A stretch of DNA of 62,606 bases, counting the filler, from Dicyema japonicum (Eukaryota; Animalia; Dicyemida), in NCBI GenBank assembly GCA_011109175.1. It is 5 parts of 5 records of this genome, joined end to end, with 100 filler letters (N's around TTAATTAATTAA, not from the genome) between each part and the next. Parts side by side here need not be neighbours in the genome. Positions count along the whole stretch, not along the records: positions 1 to 21,260 come from RDEW01000180.1; 4 more parts are not named here. One strand, written 5' to 3'. The notes beneath the pieces are model-generated. The model did no database searches, was not told the DNA's origin, and saw nothing but the letters and a program-made list of their open reading frames with translations. This document shows, piece after piece, positions 1-13,200 of the stretch. Position 1 is the stretch's first letter; each line of letters begins with the position of its first letter. A program made the translations under genes and the position numbers.

Positions 1-59
1 TTTTTGTTGAACTAGTTATGCTAGAATTTTCAATTATAATAATATAAACTGATTAAATA

Positions 60-350
60 TGGTATTAAAATATATTAACTTCAGTTGTAGTCGTGCTATA
101 AAGTGTTGTTGAATATCCTAATGATAATAATATATAATAATAAAAATATCTATAAAACAACGATGATTTCCAAATACAGGTTCAAATTGTCCTTTATTTA
201 ATTCTCTAAAACGGCAAGTAGTGTCTTCAAGAATTATAAAAAATAACCCATTTCGGAAAATGATGTAAAAATATCTCTTTGGAATTGAACTATTTGAACT
301 TTTAAATAAAAGATGTTGAGAAGTGAATAATCATCAAATTCTACAAATCC
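60..350 (-). pseudogene. Decayed copy of a Thr-rich, tiny-intron gene; paralog of 1330-1620
   Basis: Clear nucleotide similarity to 1330-1620. Exon pieces read DTTCRFRELNKGQFEPVFGNH and YSTTLYSTTTTE, with a 23-nt GT-AG intron (gttattttttataattcttgaag) and a 1-nt deletion relative to the paralog. Confidence 0.4.
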
Positions 351-399
351 CGATGAACTTGATATGAATTATATGTCATTTACGGATATCCTCTCTGAT

Positions 400-640
400 C
401 TCAAAGGCTCGTTTATGATTTTTTTGTGATGATTGGAATGCTAAAGTGGGACAATCTTCATGGAAAGAACCCTGTAATGGGTAGACATGGCAGGGGGAAG
501 AGGAACATGTCAAAAAAACGAAACATACAAGGGGGATGAAGAATAAAACCTGTATAGGTAGACATGCCAGGGGGGAGAAAGAAGAAACAACTAAGTCACT
601 AAAAATAATCGTCTGGATATTCTTCCTATAATAACTGTCC
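400..640 (+). mobile_element. RTE-clade APE endonuclease fragment
   Basis: Plus strand reads DDWNAKVG and twice a xGRHxRG motif (CNG-RHGRGKRN, CIGRHARG), as in the RTE at 32.5-35.4 kb and the fragment at 52.9 kb. Confidence 0.55.
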
Positions 641-999
641 ATTAATTTGATTCACTTTAATTGTTAGTTAGTTGATAAGTTTTAAGCCCATGCTTCGTTC
701 TTTCTCTATTTCCTCAATAGAGCGGTGTCAAGTTTCAAAAAAGGCTTTAAAAAATCATTTGTTTTCACAGATAACATTGAATCATTATTTGAATAGTTAT
801 CCACAATTGTGGTTTCTTGATTGTATGTGGACTTAGTAGGATTTAATTAATTGAACTGCGATCGTAGTAACTGTTTACGTTTGAATTGATTGTTAAATAC
901 TAAATTCTTTCTCAGTAATTCTATGCAAGAACCTTAAAACTATTATTTTTTAAGTGGCTAGTATGATTTTTCAGTGAATACCTAAGATTTCCTAAATTC

Positions 1000-1760
1000 C
1001 TACATTTAATTGATATTATATCTTTTTTAAATGTGGAAACCATGAACCAAGTTAGATATCTGTTAGTTTACGTTAAATTATTATGTTAACTAAATCCATC
1101 CAGTACGAGGAATGTTACTGTTCCACAGGACGAGAAACGGAAGAAGTACTAAATTTTCGGGCATGCGTGCTTACTATCAAATCAGAGTCAATTTTTGAAC
1201 TTGTTATGCTCGAATCTCAATAAAATAATAAATTGATTAGATATGGAATTAAAATATCTTACCTGCAGTTGTAGTGGGAGAAGTTGTAGTTTTCACATCT
1301 GTGAAAAAACAAAATACATAATTATATGAATTGATTAAACATGGAATTCAAATGTATATTATTTTTAGTTGTAGTCGTGGTAGAAGATGAAGTTGAATAT
1401 CCTAATGATAATAAAATATATTTATATAATATCAATAAAACAACGTGACTACCAATGACCGGTATAAATTGTACGTTATTTAAATCTCTAGAACAGCAAA
1501 GTAGTGGCTTTAAATAATTATGAAAATAACCCCTTTCTGAAAATGATGTAAATATAATTCTCTCGAATTGAACTATTTGGTAGTTTAAAGTAAAAGATGC
1601 TGAGAAGTATATCACCATAAAATTGTTGAATATGATAGCATTTATAGAAATTTCTTTGTCAAATTTTTCATCCACAAAAATAGACTCATAATATCAACGC
1701 CATCTGTTTAAGGCAAAATACAAACCATTACTAACATATAATTTTTTCTAGAATATTATA
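1000..1760 (-). pseudogene. Multi-exon Thr-rich (mucin-like) gene, probably disabled
   Basis: A 36-nt exon at 1263-1298 (DVKTTTSPTTTA) has canonical cag/gtaag flanks. The next exons (DSSITSSKIDSDLI, YFFRFSSCGTVTFLVLDG) are separated by 47-nt and 26-nt GT-AG introns. Stops and frameshifts occur upstream. Confidence 0.4.
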
Positions 1761-2539
1761 ATAATTAATCTTTTCTAATAATGAATTCCAACTCTAATAT
1801 TTCCTTTTTGAAAAAAAGATTTTGAATAGATTATTTCCTAACTATATAGAGGTAAACCTGATTCGTTAAAAATTGAATAAATCGTGTCTACTATCATCAC
1901 ATACATTTACAATTCCATCAAGTGTAAGCATCAAATCAAATTACCCCGCACTAAATATAATAGTATAGTCGGTATTCACATGTATGTAAAATATTTGAAC
2001 TGGATGATTTTCATCTCTAAAAGAAGTGAATCCAAGTCCAACCAAACTAAAAAAAAGCTCAATTCCTATAAAATTATTTAATTTTAACAAACCTCCAATC
2101 ATTAAGTTCATTGATTAAATGGTAATTATTAACGAATAATTTATTAAAGAATTATAAAAATAAATTTAATTTATATAAAAATAATTTAATAAAAATAATT
2201 ATTTTTTTGATATTAAAGAAAAGTAATATATGTAAATTATAAATTCATATTTCTGAATTTTTTTCTTTGTTCAACTAAAAAAATTATTTGGCCGACCTGT
2301 CTTTGGTGGCTCCAAGTACCAGGGTGCTATAAAAGGATTTTGTGTTACGACAGCTTTAAAGAGATGTTTTCTTTCTTTTCCTTGGTCTCAAATATTTTTT
2401 TATATAATGTTGAAAACTCTTTTGCTTCTACCTCGTAATTAAATACATTTAATTAGTCGTTAACTTTTTTTGTGTTTCCGAGGTTAATAAATGATAGGAG
2501 CACAGAAGAGTGAACCCAGAACGGTCCAATGACTCTTCC

Positions 2540-3539
2540 AAAACAATATCCTTACCATTAATTCCAAACGTACAATTAATTCCCAATTGACGCTTTGTAA
2601 TAAAATCTTAAGATTCTGTTCTCTATAAAATCCAATTAGCTTTTCATAGACTGCGAGAAAAAAGAGATTATGCCAGATAAACGTATTCGATGCTTAATAA
2701 ACGAACATTTCAATCAAGACATTTACGATTTTGTCACATTAATAGCTCTTTTTGCGTGGTCGGATCCTAGTAAAATTGGTACAAAAAATGAAAGGGCCCC
2801 GTTATGCGAACGTAATTTTTTAAAACATTCAGCTGAGCCTAGGTACTTAACGCGTTTTCTATGCATACATATTTTGTGCAATCCTGTAATTCAGTGAGTA
2901 ATGCTAAAAAAGATAAATTGTTTGGAAATCTTAAAGTCAAGAGAAGAGCATTACTGTATTCTTTAGGAATGTCTATTGGACGGTGCTATTCATAGGAACT
3001 TTCGTGGATTTAAGGACCACATGGGAAGCTGTACTAAACAATTTGTAAAAATTTCTAGTTTACCCATTCAATATTGACCGACATATGATATTTACAAATT
3101 CTCCTGTTGTTGTGATGGATCATGTTAGATTTCATCATTGTGATGAAATTAAAGATTTCTTTATTAGGAAAAGTGTCAAAACATTTTATTCACCCCCTTA
3201 TTCACCTGACTTGAACCCAATTGAAAACTTTTTTTCTTGTGTGAAATCTCGTCTAAATGTAATTAGACCAAGAGCAACTGTAAGATGAGAATTACTAACA
3301 ACTATCGGATTTGTTATGAGTGGTATCGAAACCGAGAATTTGTCCTCATATTACAACAGTTTTTGGGAAAGGGTAAATGGAATTAATAACAGATTAATTG
3401 AATAAAATACTTTTTTCCTAAATTATTTATTAGTATAATATATATAACTTGGACATCATTTATGGGAATTGGGTCAACATTTATGGGAATTGGGTCAACA
3501 TTTATGGGAATTGGGTCAACATTTATGGGATTTAGTGTA
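2540..3539 (+). mobile_element. Degenerate Tc1/IS630-like DD34E transposon, right part
   Basis: ORF 3085-3288 has VVMDHVRFH...YSPPYSPDLNPIENFFS, with 34 residues between D and E. The element ends ...tttagtgTA at 3539. No left terminus found. Confidence 0.8.
3457..3530. repeat. 3.5 tandem copies of 21-bp CATTTATGGGAATTGGGTCAA at the Tc1 terminus
   Basis: Identical units start at 3457, 3478 and 3499, with a partial unit at 3520. Confidence 0.95.
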
Positions 3540-4129
3540 TTTGGTTAATCAAACTAAGTCTTTATTACTTTCATAAATGCTTGATATAAATTTTCTGAAT
3601 CTCATGAAGCTTTCAAATTATACATAAGCTAAGTGTTCGCTGTTGGTTATTTTAGCGAATCTTGCTCGCCACCCTAATAGAATAGCCATGTAGTAGGGGT
3701 AGCCGATATTTGGGCTTTTTTTTATTTTATCTTTTTTAACAATAAGATAAAGCTTGAGTGATTGCTGGAATTTAAACAAATAACTTGATTCGATAATCTT
3801 TTCGATATTTTAAATATTTTGGTAATATTATGTCACAGGCGCTACGCGTTACCGAGCGCTACGCGTTACATAATGCTCAAATTTACAATTTCAAGCATTT
3901 TTTATAAAACTTTACACATGTCTTTCTCATTTATTATATTTAAAATTAAAAAAATTATAATTTAATTATTTTTGGAAGGCGCAACAGTTTTTAACTTTTA
4001 AATAGCATAATACAGGCGTGTTTTATAAAGTTAAGCGTATGGATCCGTGTTTCGTTAAAACAACCCATGAATAAATTGATATAATGAAAATAATGAAGAA
4101 GAAGGGGACCGTCGATCTAATGACAAGAC

Positions 4130-4460
4130 AAAAAATACCGATTAACTCAAAAGTCAAAGAATTTTTAATCCATCAATGGGAGGTTATACCTTAAAGACAC
4201 ATATGGAAACCACAAAATTGTCTTCTTCTCTGATAATCATGAAGAGATGGAATTATTGGCCTCGCAAATTCATAAAGTGACCCATTGTGGACACAACACA
4301 TTGGAACAATATTGCAATGAAAAATATTTTTCGTGAAAAGAAAAATTATTCGGAAAGTGGTGTCAGAATGTGATCGAACGCTTCAATCAGACAATCACAA
4401 GATCGCTATCTATTATGATGCCCGAAGATAAATGTTGGACTAAAAACATAAAGAAAGCAG
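4130..4460 (+). mobile_element. Ginger/KRBA2-like integrase remnant, internally deleted
   Basis: KDTYGNHKIVFF...IHKVTHCGHNTLEQYC...IIRKVVSEC (zinc-binding region) is joined directly to VIERFNQTITRSL (catalytic Glu helix). Confidence 0.55.
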
Positions 4461-4544
4461 TAGGAGTGGAATGATGTATGAAGTGGACATGATGTTAATG
4501 GTAATTGATTCAATACACGACAATAGAACGAGCGAAAATTCGAC

Positions 4545-4830
4545 CAAATCGCACATATTGACGGAGTCTTCCGTTAGATATCGGAGTGTATCTCCAACTT
4601 CCGGCTTGAGGAATACTCACGGAAGCAAGCCAAACTGGCTCAGACTCAAAAAACTTGGAATCACAGCTCTATAGACATTTCTCTCCCTGTATATCTCTTG
4701 TCGCTATTGGCTTGTAACATCCCTGTCAATAAAATTCTACACTCCCTCCCTGAATTCTCTCCATACCAGGACGTCGTTCATGCTCACGAGACTTGGAGCC
4801 GTACCTATTAGTTTTCCCGACCTTCCATGA
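4545..4830 (+). mobile_element. CRE-clade retrotransposon fragment (post-RT region)
   Basis: Frameshifted EEYSRKQAKL-LRLKKLGITAL-DISLPVYL, matching the CRE pattern WxQAxLPxRxGGLG...PAxLxS. Confidence 0.45.
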
Positions 4831-5699
4831 TCATTACAAAAACACATATGAAACGCATCAAAAAATAATTAACGATGAACAATTTTTGCATGATCTTAAT
4901 TTTAAATTAATAAAAAAACTTTAACAAATGGACTTAACCAGGAGGTGCGAACTTTGCGGTTGCTAGAGGATTCGAGCTTCCTCCAAAATTATCATAAAAA
5001 GGTATAAAAGAGGTTGAATTACAAGAAAAATCTCCAAAACAAGCTGATATTTGTTTTTTAAATTCCCTTCTGCACACACACTCCCATGGCTTCAAATTAC
5101 GCACAACTCCTTGTATAATTCTGTCTTGCTTTGAACCTTAAATAAAGAACCTAGCAGATCACTCAGGAGCATTCTCAAAATTTGACAAAAACAGTCAGAA
5201 AAAAACCGGGGTTCCCAGGGGAGTAGTATATCACGAAAAACTGACACCTATTGCCTCAATTTGAAAAATATGAAAACTCAATTGAATCGCCATAGACTGG
5301 GAAACGTTTCTCAGAATCTAAAGGGAACCGAAAATTCCACGATCTTAGTAAATTTCTGACAAAATACTTGGAAAACTACGAATATTATTAACACATTCAA
5401 TAAGCCCGCACTCCTCATTAAGGGGATAACACTCTAAGCAGAAGTTCCAAACTTTTTTTCACACGTCTCCCTTATAAAATATACAATCTTGCGCCTCCCT
5501 TCATATTCAATTATATTATACATATTTTTAGCAGAAACAATCTTTTTAACAAAAAAAGTTAGTTTTTTCATTATTGACACAAAGTTTTTTAAATCTCGGT
5601 GTCATTGAGGAGAGTGCTAGTCGTAGCACATTATGCACAAATAAATGAGTTCGATGTTTAGATTTCATTGCATCTAGTGTTTCGCATAAGTATGAGGTA

Positions 5700-6195
5700 A
5701 CAAATGGCAACAAAACTTTGATCTTTAGTTATGTCAGGCGCAAGGGAACCAGACGTCTCAACGGCGAGTGGAACAAACAAAAAATCCTTGGACCGGAGCG
5801 CGTTCTGTTTCCGTTTCATCTTCTCGCCTTCTCAGCGTCAGAACAGGCTTCAGAGGCACTCTGGACTAGGTTGCAAGAGGCAAATGTGTCGGTGCAGGTA
5901 ACGTCCCAGACAAGAGGTTTCCCGGCTTCAAAAGAAGATTGTCATCTCATCTGGTTGTTTCCCGTCCCGCCTGCAAAGGCCGACAGGTTCGAGCATGGAG
6001 GGGTGTCCGACGGCGTCCAAAGCTCGCCTAACGACTTTGTTCAATGCCATGTGTCTGGGAAATCTGCCTGCACTCTTCCTGCAGGAGAGAGGTTGTAGGC
6101 CAAAACAGTCGATCTTGTCTCCACATCGGCACGCATGTGGAACACAGACTTTTAATCCCAGTCGCAATGAGATCTCAATGCGGACATTAAAAAGT
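5700..6195 (-). mobile_element. CRE-clade non-LTR retrotransposon, 3' RLE fragment
   Basis: LRLGLKVCVPHACRCG...LSCRKSAGRFPRH...EPVGLCRRDGKQPD...PLVWDVTCTDT...FVPLAVET (zinc finger plus restriction-like endonuclease). Confidence 0.85.
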
Positions 6196-6479
6196 TAAAA
6201 AAATAAATCGTAAGGTTAAATTTTTTTTAATTATTTAAACAAATTATTATTTTACTATTAAATAAATATTAAACAGCATTTAGTTTACACGTTTTTTTGT
6301 ATGCCATGTAGTTATTTTTACACGTTTTTTTGTATGCTATGTCTTTACGGACTAAAGCAACATTAATTGTTAACGAATTTCCAAGAGAATTTCAATTACA
6401 TAATAACCATTAGCTATTTTGTAAACTATGCTTAACGACAGTGAAGTGCTCAAAAATCACTTTGTCAACCTTTACAAGT

Positions 6480-7620
6480 CGTCCAAGCAACATAAAATTT
6501 CCGTTGGTAAGGATTTTTCGATGATATAGATAGATCGTTTGACAACATTTAGCCAACAAAAATTAAATGAATCTGATGTAGGAAACTGGGATTTGAAGGT
6601 GACTAAGGCTCTTCTGAAATATGGCGTTCCGCTTAGCAAATTATCAATGCCTTTGTTCATTGATCTTTTCAAAAGAAACCAAATTTCCCTTCCTTCGCCA
6701 TCGCAAGCTAGGAACTGTGCCAAAATACAAATGAATACATAGCTTCGTTCAAGAAGATATTCAAGTATTTCATCAAATTTTATTTTCTAGTCAATTGAGT
6801 CTGCACCTACAAAAATATTATAGCACAGATTGTTGATGATCCGAAATATAATGGTTGAACAGGATAATTTTATGCTTCTTATATCTGATGATGCAATGTA
6901 TATGACAGTCGGTATTGTTTTAATTCATTTATGATTTACTGGAAAAAAATTTATGTCCTAATCTTTTCATGTCAATTGCGTCCACCATATTTTGCATATT
7001 GTTCAATGGAGGTCAGAAAATCGTATCCAGAAGTAGATGATGTGATAGCTAGCGTTCAAGCTTTATTAGGAAGAACCAAAAGCGAAAATTGTTGTTTTCG
7101 AAATTGGAATTCCTCCCAAAGTAGTATTGACGAGATGGGTACCTGGTTGAATGCTGCATCTTTTTATTCAAAAAATTTAATTCCAGTGATTAACATTTTT
7201 GAGTTAATTGAGGACGAAGGCATTTTAGTAACTTCTACGAAAATGCATTGAAAAGTGAAAAATAGTACAGAGCCTATGCGCTATTTCGCATAACTATTCA
7301 CATATTCCAGGTTTTTTTTATAGTAATTTATCACATAGAAAAAATATTACAATTTGAAAGTAACGAGTGTACAATAGAGTACGTATATTCGACGCTTAGT
7401 GCAATAGATTTTGAAAGATGAAACAGGGGTCAAACAATATTTGGAGAAGAAAATTTTGGAAAGCGACCTAACTAAAATTATTAATATGAAATGTAAAAAC
7501 CTGTCTTCTGAAGATTATTAGTTCCTTCAAATTGTCAGTCATCCTCGGCATCTATCGAAAGATGTTTTTGCAATTCAAGAGTTTTTTGAAGACAAACAGA
7601 AACTTTTGTACACGAAATCT
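6480..7620 (+). mobile_element. Decayed hAT-like (DUF659-type) transposase
   Basis: ORFs 6539-6742 and 6931-7251, including EVDDVIASVQA and GTWLNAASFY; related to 8776-9159. Confidence 0.6.
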
Positions 7621-8739
7621 GGAAAATTACATATTGTCCATTTTCAAAAAATAATCTTTAAAACAACATTTGTTTTTTATTGTTTCGTATCTATATTCTA
7701 CAAGTGTAAATTGATAATAAATAAGAATAAATGTTTTAATTTTAGGTTAAAAATGTTCGCCATAATATCATTCTTTAATTTTTGCACTAATTTTTGTTTT
7801 TGTTAAAATGTTAACTCACTAATTTTAATGAAGGACGTAAGCAATTAAAAATTTTTTTTAAGTTTGAGAAACACTGATTTAAATGTGACGTCACGTTATC
7901 AAACATTGAAATTGTTCGTATTTTATCTATTAATCTGATCTTTTTTTAAATAAAGTGAAATTTCGTTCTTTTCATATTCATATCACATAAATCATCAATT
8001 TAATATTTATTAGTTAACTGCCTTTTTTAATAAAATTAAATTTGTCTTAAAATTCATTTTTGCCGTCTTGGATATATTAATACTCCACTTTACGAAGAGC
8101 CATATTAGCCATAGCTTCTACCAGACATGACATCAAAGAACAGTTGTGATAACTAATCGTAGAAAGAGAACTAAGGATTGTTTTCTTTTTTTTTCTTTTT
8201 GTTGGTTGTGAGTCCTTTTAGACGATCCGGATCCGCAGTGAGATGTTCACTGTAAATCGGAAATTTTCACCAAACAATTGACTTTATTGACCTTAAAATT
8301 TCGAAATTTTGACCTTTTTTGACTTTATGATAAATTTATCTAAAAAATAATTTTTAATATAAATAAACAAATCAAAATCTTTATTAAAATACAGAATAAT
8401 GTAATTCGAAACGTTTTTGGGTTTAAAATTTCGGTCTTAGATAGTAATTTTCCCAATAAAGAAAAACTTCTCTCACCAGATGATAACGTGGAAGGACATT
8501 TTTAGAAGAGTTGTATTCATATAGAGAAAAATATTGTTTTCCATTTTTGAAATAGAAAGCACTTGATTTACAGATAATCTTGATTCTAGATACTTCCCAA
8601 TTCCATCATATTGACATAATATTGATGATAAATTTGTACGTAGTTCGCTTTGACAAACATCTTTCGACTAAAATCCTCTATCCATCGAAACTTTCATTTA
8701 TTTTTTTTATTTCGGTAATTTTTTTCAATAAATATCGGG

Positions 8740-9180
8740 CTGCTTCCATCCAACTCCCTCATCTTGTTAGAATAACTACAGGTGCATACCCGATTTCAGC
8801 AAATTTTTCTTTTTGACAGTTGCGGCCATTATCGATGTAATTAAAAAATCCACATCCTTAAAATATCCTCTTATTTTATGAAGAACAAATGTTACATGAT
8901 GCAAAGTCGTGTATAAAACCTTCAATACCTGGGCGCCTGCTACCATGTTTTTGGCTGCATCCGATACCAGTAATACAAAATTATCGCGATCAATCGCAAA
9001 ATCCCTTAGCACATCGTCAATTATCTGACAGACAATCGACGAGTTAGCCGCAGAAGACAATGGACGACAAGATATTAAAAATATTTTCTTGGGATCAGAA
9101 ATTCTATTAATTAGTGTATTGACATATTTCTGTCCCCGGATATCAGTTTCGACAATCAAAACATATTTTTTTCAAAAAAT
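8740..9180 (-). mobile_element. hAT-like (DUF659-type) transposase fragment
   Basis: ETDIRGQKYVN...NFVLLVSDAAKNMVAGAQVLKVLYTTLHHVT...FKDVDFLI. Confidence 0.7.
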
Positions 9181-9789
9181 CAATAAAATTTTTGACTTTA
9201 TTGACAAATTAGCCCTACTCATCAATGAAGTGTTCCTAATTTCAGTGATCGAATCACATGTGAAATAGGATCTTTTTTAGTTTAGAGTCCACAATCTCAA
9301 AGTAGAGTCTGTATTTAATTTTTATTTAAAATTTCACAAAATTTAAAAATGATAATAGTCTGGTCCTGCCTAGATAATGTCATTTGTGTTTGTTGTAGTT
9401 GCTTTTTAGCTAATAGTTTTAACGAAACAGTAGGCAGTCAAACTCTATAAATCGCTACAAATATCATCGCTCTATCATCAGTTCCTCCGCTATCTTTCGT
9501 TTGTTCTCCCACATGTTTTTAGTGTAAATTACACTAAAGTAATGCTTTGTATGTTTAAGAATCTTATTTCGATTTTTATCCAGAAATTAGTCAATCCCAC
9601 TTGAAAACGTATATTTGAACATTTTTTATTCACCATTTCGATTCCTTTTTTAAAAATTTCTAACTATATGCTGATTGTACGTCTTCAGTCTCTGAAGTTG
9701 AAAGTTTGCAATTGTAAACGAGGTAGAATAGACACTGACTGAGAGTACGAACGATAAAGGCATCGACATTATAAAAAAGGTGTCAACCA

Positions 9790-10130
9790 CCCATTTTTAT
9801 ATTTATTTATTTATTTTAATAATTCCGGGAGCACCGAGAAAGAAAGACAAAAGAGTCAAACAGTTAGGTGATCCCAGTCCCTGCAATAAGTTGTTCAATT
9901 CGACGTCTGTAATCTTCCATTGTCCCCTACTTTCTGGAGGAGCCTTCTTCTCGCGTCTTGAAGAGGAATCAGATAGGGGAGGGGAATTTCCTAATCCAAT
10001 CGGTTTTTCTCTTGCCATGGAAATGATTAGGCGAAGCGGGTTTCCATCTTCCTCACAGACGCGAAGAAATCCGGGGTAAAATATTTTTGTGCCTTTCTGG
10101 GTCTGTTGCCACATAAGAAAAAGAAAGACA
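9790..10130 (-). mobile_element. 3' end of I/Ingi-like LINE, same family as 38525-39900
   Basis: GFLRVCEEDGNPL matches GFLRICEEDRRPL at 39.65 kb. The 3' UTR with ctgggatcacctaa and a (TAAA)n tail is shared. Confidence 0.7.
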
Positions 10131-10259
10131 CTACTTCAGTTAAAACGAATAAAAATAGAAGGAAATAAAGGAAGAGAAAGATTTGGTGGTACCGAACCGC
10201 ATATTAGTATATTTACGAATTAACGGTCCACCCACCTCAAGGAATCCTNAATAAGTGAA

Positions 10260-13200
10260 ACTGATAAACATAATTTACAGTGATGGATAGTTTGGTGTAT
10301 ATTAAGGATAAATATGAATGTAATAAAGTAAAACATTTGGCAGATATTCAGTACAGCTTAATATGCAGTCTTATCCCCATAATGCTAATGGCCCGTTGTA
10401 TAAAATGAATGCAATGTGCCGGATCCTGTTAACACAAAAGGCCAGTCATCCCAAATGAGTTGTTTAATAGTTGTAATACGCTGACAGTATAGGAATAGAA
10501 AACCCGAACAATGTTAGATTTTTTAATAAGTTCAATAATAATTTTAGCTATTCTTAAGTCTTGCCATTCACACAGTCCATATTTCCCCTTGGAATTTTAT
10601 ATATTAATTTAACATGCTAGAACCACCTCAACTCGATTATTCGATAAATATTAATTATTCCTGGAGATGGATGGAACTTATCTAGACACAACAAAAGATT
10701 TGTTCTAAAATCTTTTTTATTAATGTTTATGCATACTTTATCACCCACAAAAAATCATAATATTGTGGACCTTTCGGAGTCGAAAACGAATTACGTGAAT
10801 TTTCAATTGGAGTCCAACAATTATCTTTGTCTTCCATTTGCTCTGTACTCAGCATTACTTGAATTATCTAAAACTTAATATTTATAAAAATAATTACTGA
10901 ATTTATTCCAGTTATTCCCAGGATAATGAATGGGGTGATAACATATGCATCAACATTAATAGGTTAGAGTTGATAAGATCTTGGGAACAAATCTTTTTTC
11001 AGCTGGAGGGTACTTGAACTTATATAAATTTCATTTGAAAATTTCCTGTTTTGACAAATATTTTTTTGATTTTGTCCATGTGTTACGAAGTCTTCCAAAG
11101 ATCTCGACGTGTCTCCAATGACTGAAGTATATGGTTACACATTCACATACTTACTGAGGAATAAATTATTCGATGGAGTAAATGCTTTATTATCTAAAGC
11201 AGGGGTTCTCAACCTTTTTAGCTCAAGGGTCAAAACGATAATTAAGAGTATCTTTGCGGGCCGCACAAAAAAATATTTTATTTGATTAAAGAAAACAGGC
11301 TTTACTACGTAATAAGAGAATCAATGTGAGACTTGATTTTGCTTGGCGTCTACTATTTTATCGAAACGAGGAGTAAAGTTCGAAGACGATGTCCGTAAAA
11401 GTTGAATTAGGTGTTCATCAGTCAATCGATTTCGATACTTACTTTTTATTCGCGTAAGTTTACTGAAAAGAGCTTCACATGCATACGTTGATTCGAAGAC
11501 TGATGCATTTTTTTGAGCATTATCGACCAAGTTTGGATATTTCCATTGTGGAATTCGACTTTAAAAATCCAATAGTTCACTTGACTTAAATAGCGCGGTA
11601 AGTTGTAAATCTGCCTGCATTTCAATTAGCTCCAGATGATATACATATGGAGCGGTTGCAGCATCTGTTTCCATAGGTGACGAAAATATTTTCATAATAG
11701 GTAGAGCTTCTTTAAAATCATTAAAACGTGTTTCGAATTCATCGATTAAGTCACTAATAACAGAGGTATATTTTTCATATGATCCATCTACCCTGTGGTT
11801 TGAAAGTATTGGAAAATGAATGGTAACTCTACTTGCAATTTGTATTTTGAAAAGGTGTAGTTTTTCGATAAATGCAGAAACCAGTCCGTATAATTCATGA
11901 CATAGTTTGTTCTTACCCTGCAGAGAAGTATTCAAAATCGAAAGGTGTGTAAAAATATCAACCACAAATGCTAAATCCGCAATCCACTCCTTATCAGTAA
12001 GCTAAAAATAGAATATCTTATTGTCAATAAAATTTATAATCTCCGGGAGAAGGTCATAAAATCTAAATGCGATTTATTTAAAATTTATACAACCTTTTTA
12101 GACATGCTGCCCGACTCAACCATCGTACGGTTGTATGCATGAGCAAATCTCCACACTCAGCATCAACATCCTCGAGAAATTACCTAAAATTGCGGTGATT
12201 TACGATTGAAATGATTGAAATGAAGACACGAGAGCGAATAAAATTTACGATTGAAATGACCGTTTCTGTTACATGGTCCATTTTCATAGATTTTACAGCT
12301 AAATTTTCTTGATGTAGTATGCAGTGATGCCGAATCACAGGACTCAACTCATCATCTACTCGCCATCCAGCTACGAGACCTTGAAATCCGGTTTTCCATC
12401 CAACCATAAAAGGACATCCATCTGTGGCAATTGAAAACATTTTTGAAAGATCCAAATGTGCCTTTTCAAGGCAATCACGAAATTCACGGAATATATCAGC
12501 TCCTTTAGTAGAGGCATGAAAGTTACGTAGCGTGAGAAAATCTTCATAAATTTTGAAGTCAGGCATGACACCTCGAATAAACACAGCCAATTGTTCTGTA
12601 TCACCAATATCTTTAGTGATGTCAAGAGCAATAGAATAGTGTACGAAAAAGTTGGATTCAGTGAGTAGCTGGCATTGAATATCGTCAGATATTCTCTCAA
12701 TTCTCCGAGTAACTGTATCGTTGCTTAGCTGTAAGTTTATAACATTTTTTTTAATTTCTGAAGAACAACATTTTTCAGTAAATATAAGGATAGCTTGCTT
12801 AATAAATTCTCCATCTGAATACGGCTTCATATTTTTTGCAAGTAGATGACAAATTTTGAAAGAAAAAGCTATTGTAGCGGATCTTGATGACATGGGCTGT
12901 TTAAACAAAGTGGTTTGTAGTTTGCGATTTGATTTCATAGATAGAAATTTGATTTTTCTTGATTCACCTTGAAATGAATCATATTCTGAAGAATGTTTCA
13001 TATAATGCCTCTCGACATAATATAACTTAAGACATCGAATAACAAAATGACAAATCAGGCAATGTGCTTTGCCATTTTCTTCAAAAACGATAAATTGTTC
13101 CTCCCATTCGGGGTTAAATGCACGATTTTCTTGAATAATTTTTCTACTTCTTTTAACACGTTTTCCAGACATCACAAGCAATATTAATTAAAATTTAATA

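Noticed and set aside
376-642. 88-aa hydrophobic ORF on the minus strand
   Set aside because: It is the antisense shadow of an RTE APE fragment.
3457-3530. CRISPR-like array
   Set aside because: No spacers, eukaryotic context, and it sits at a Tc1 terminus.
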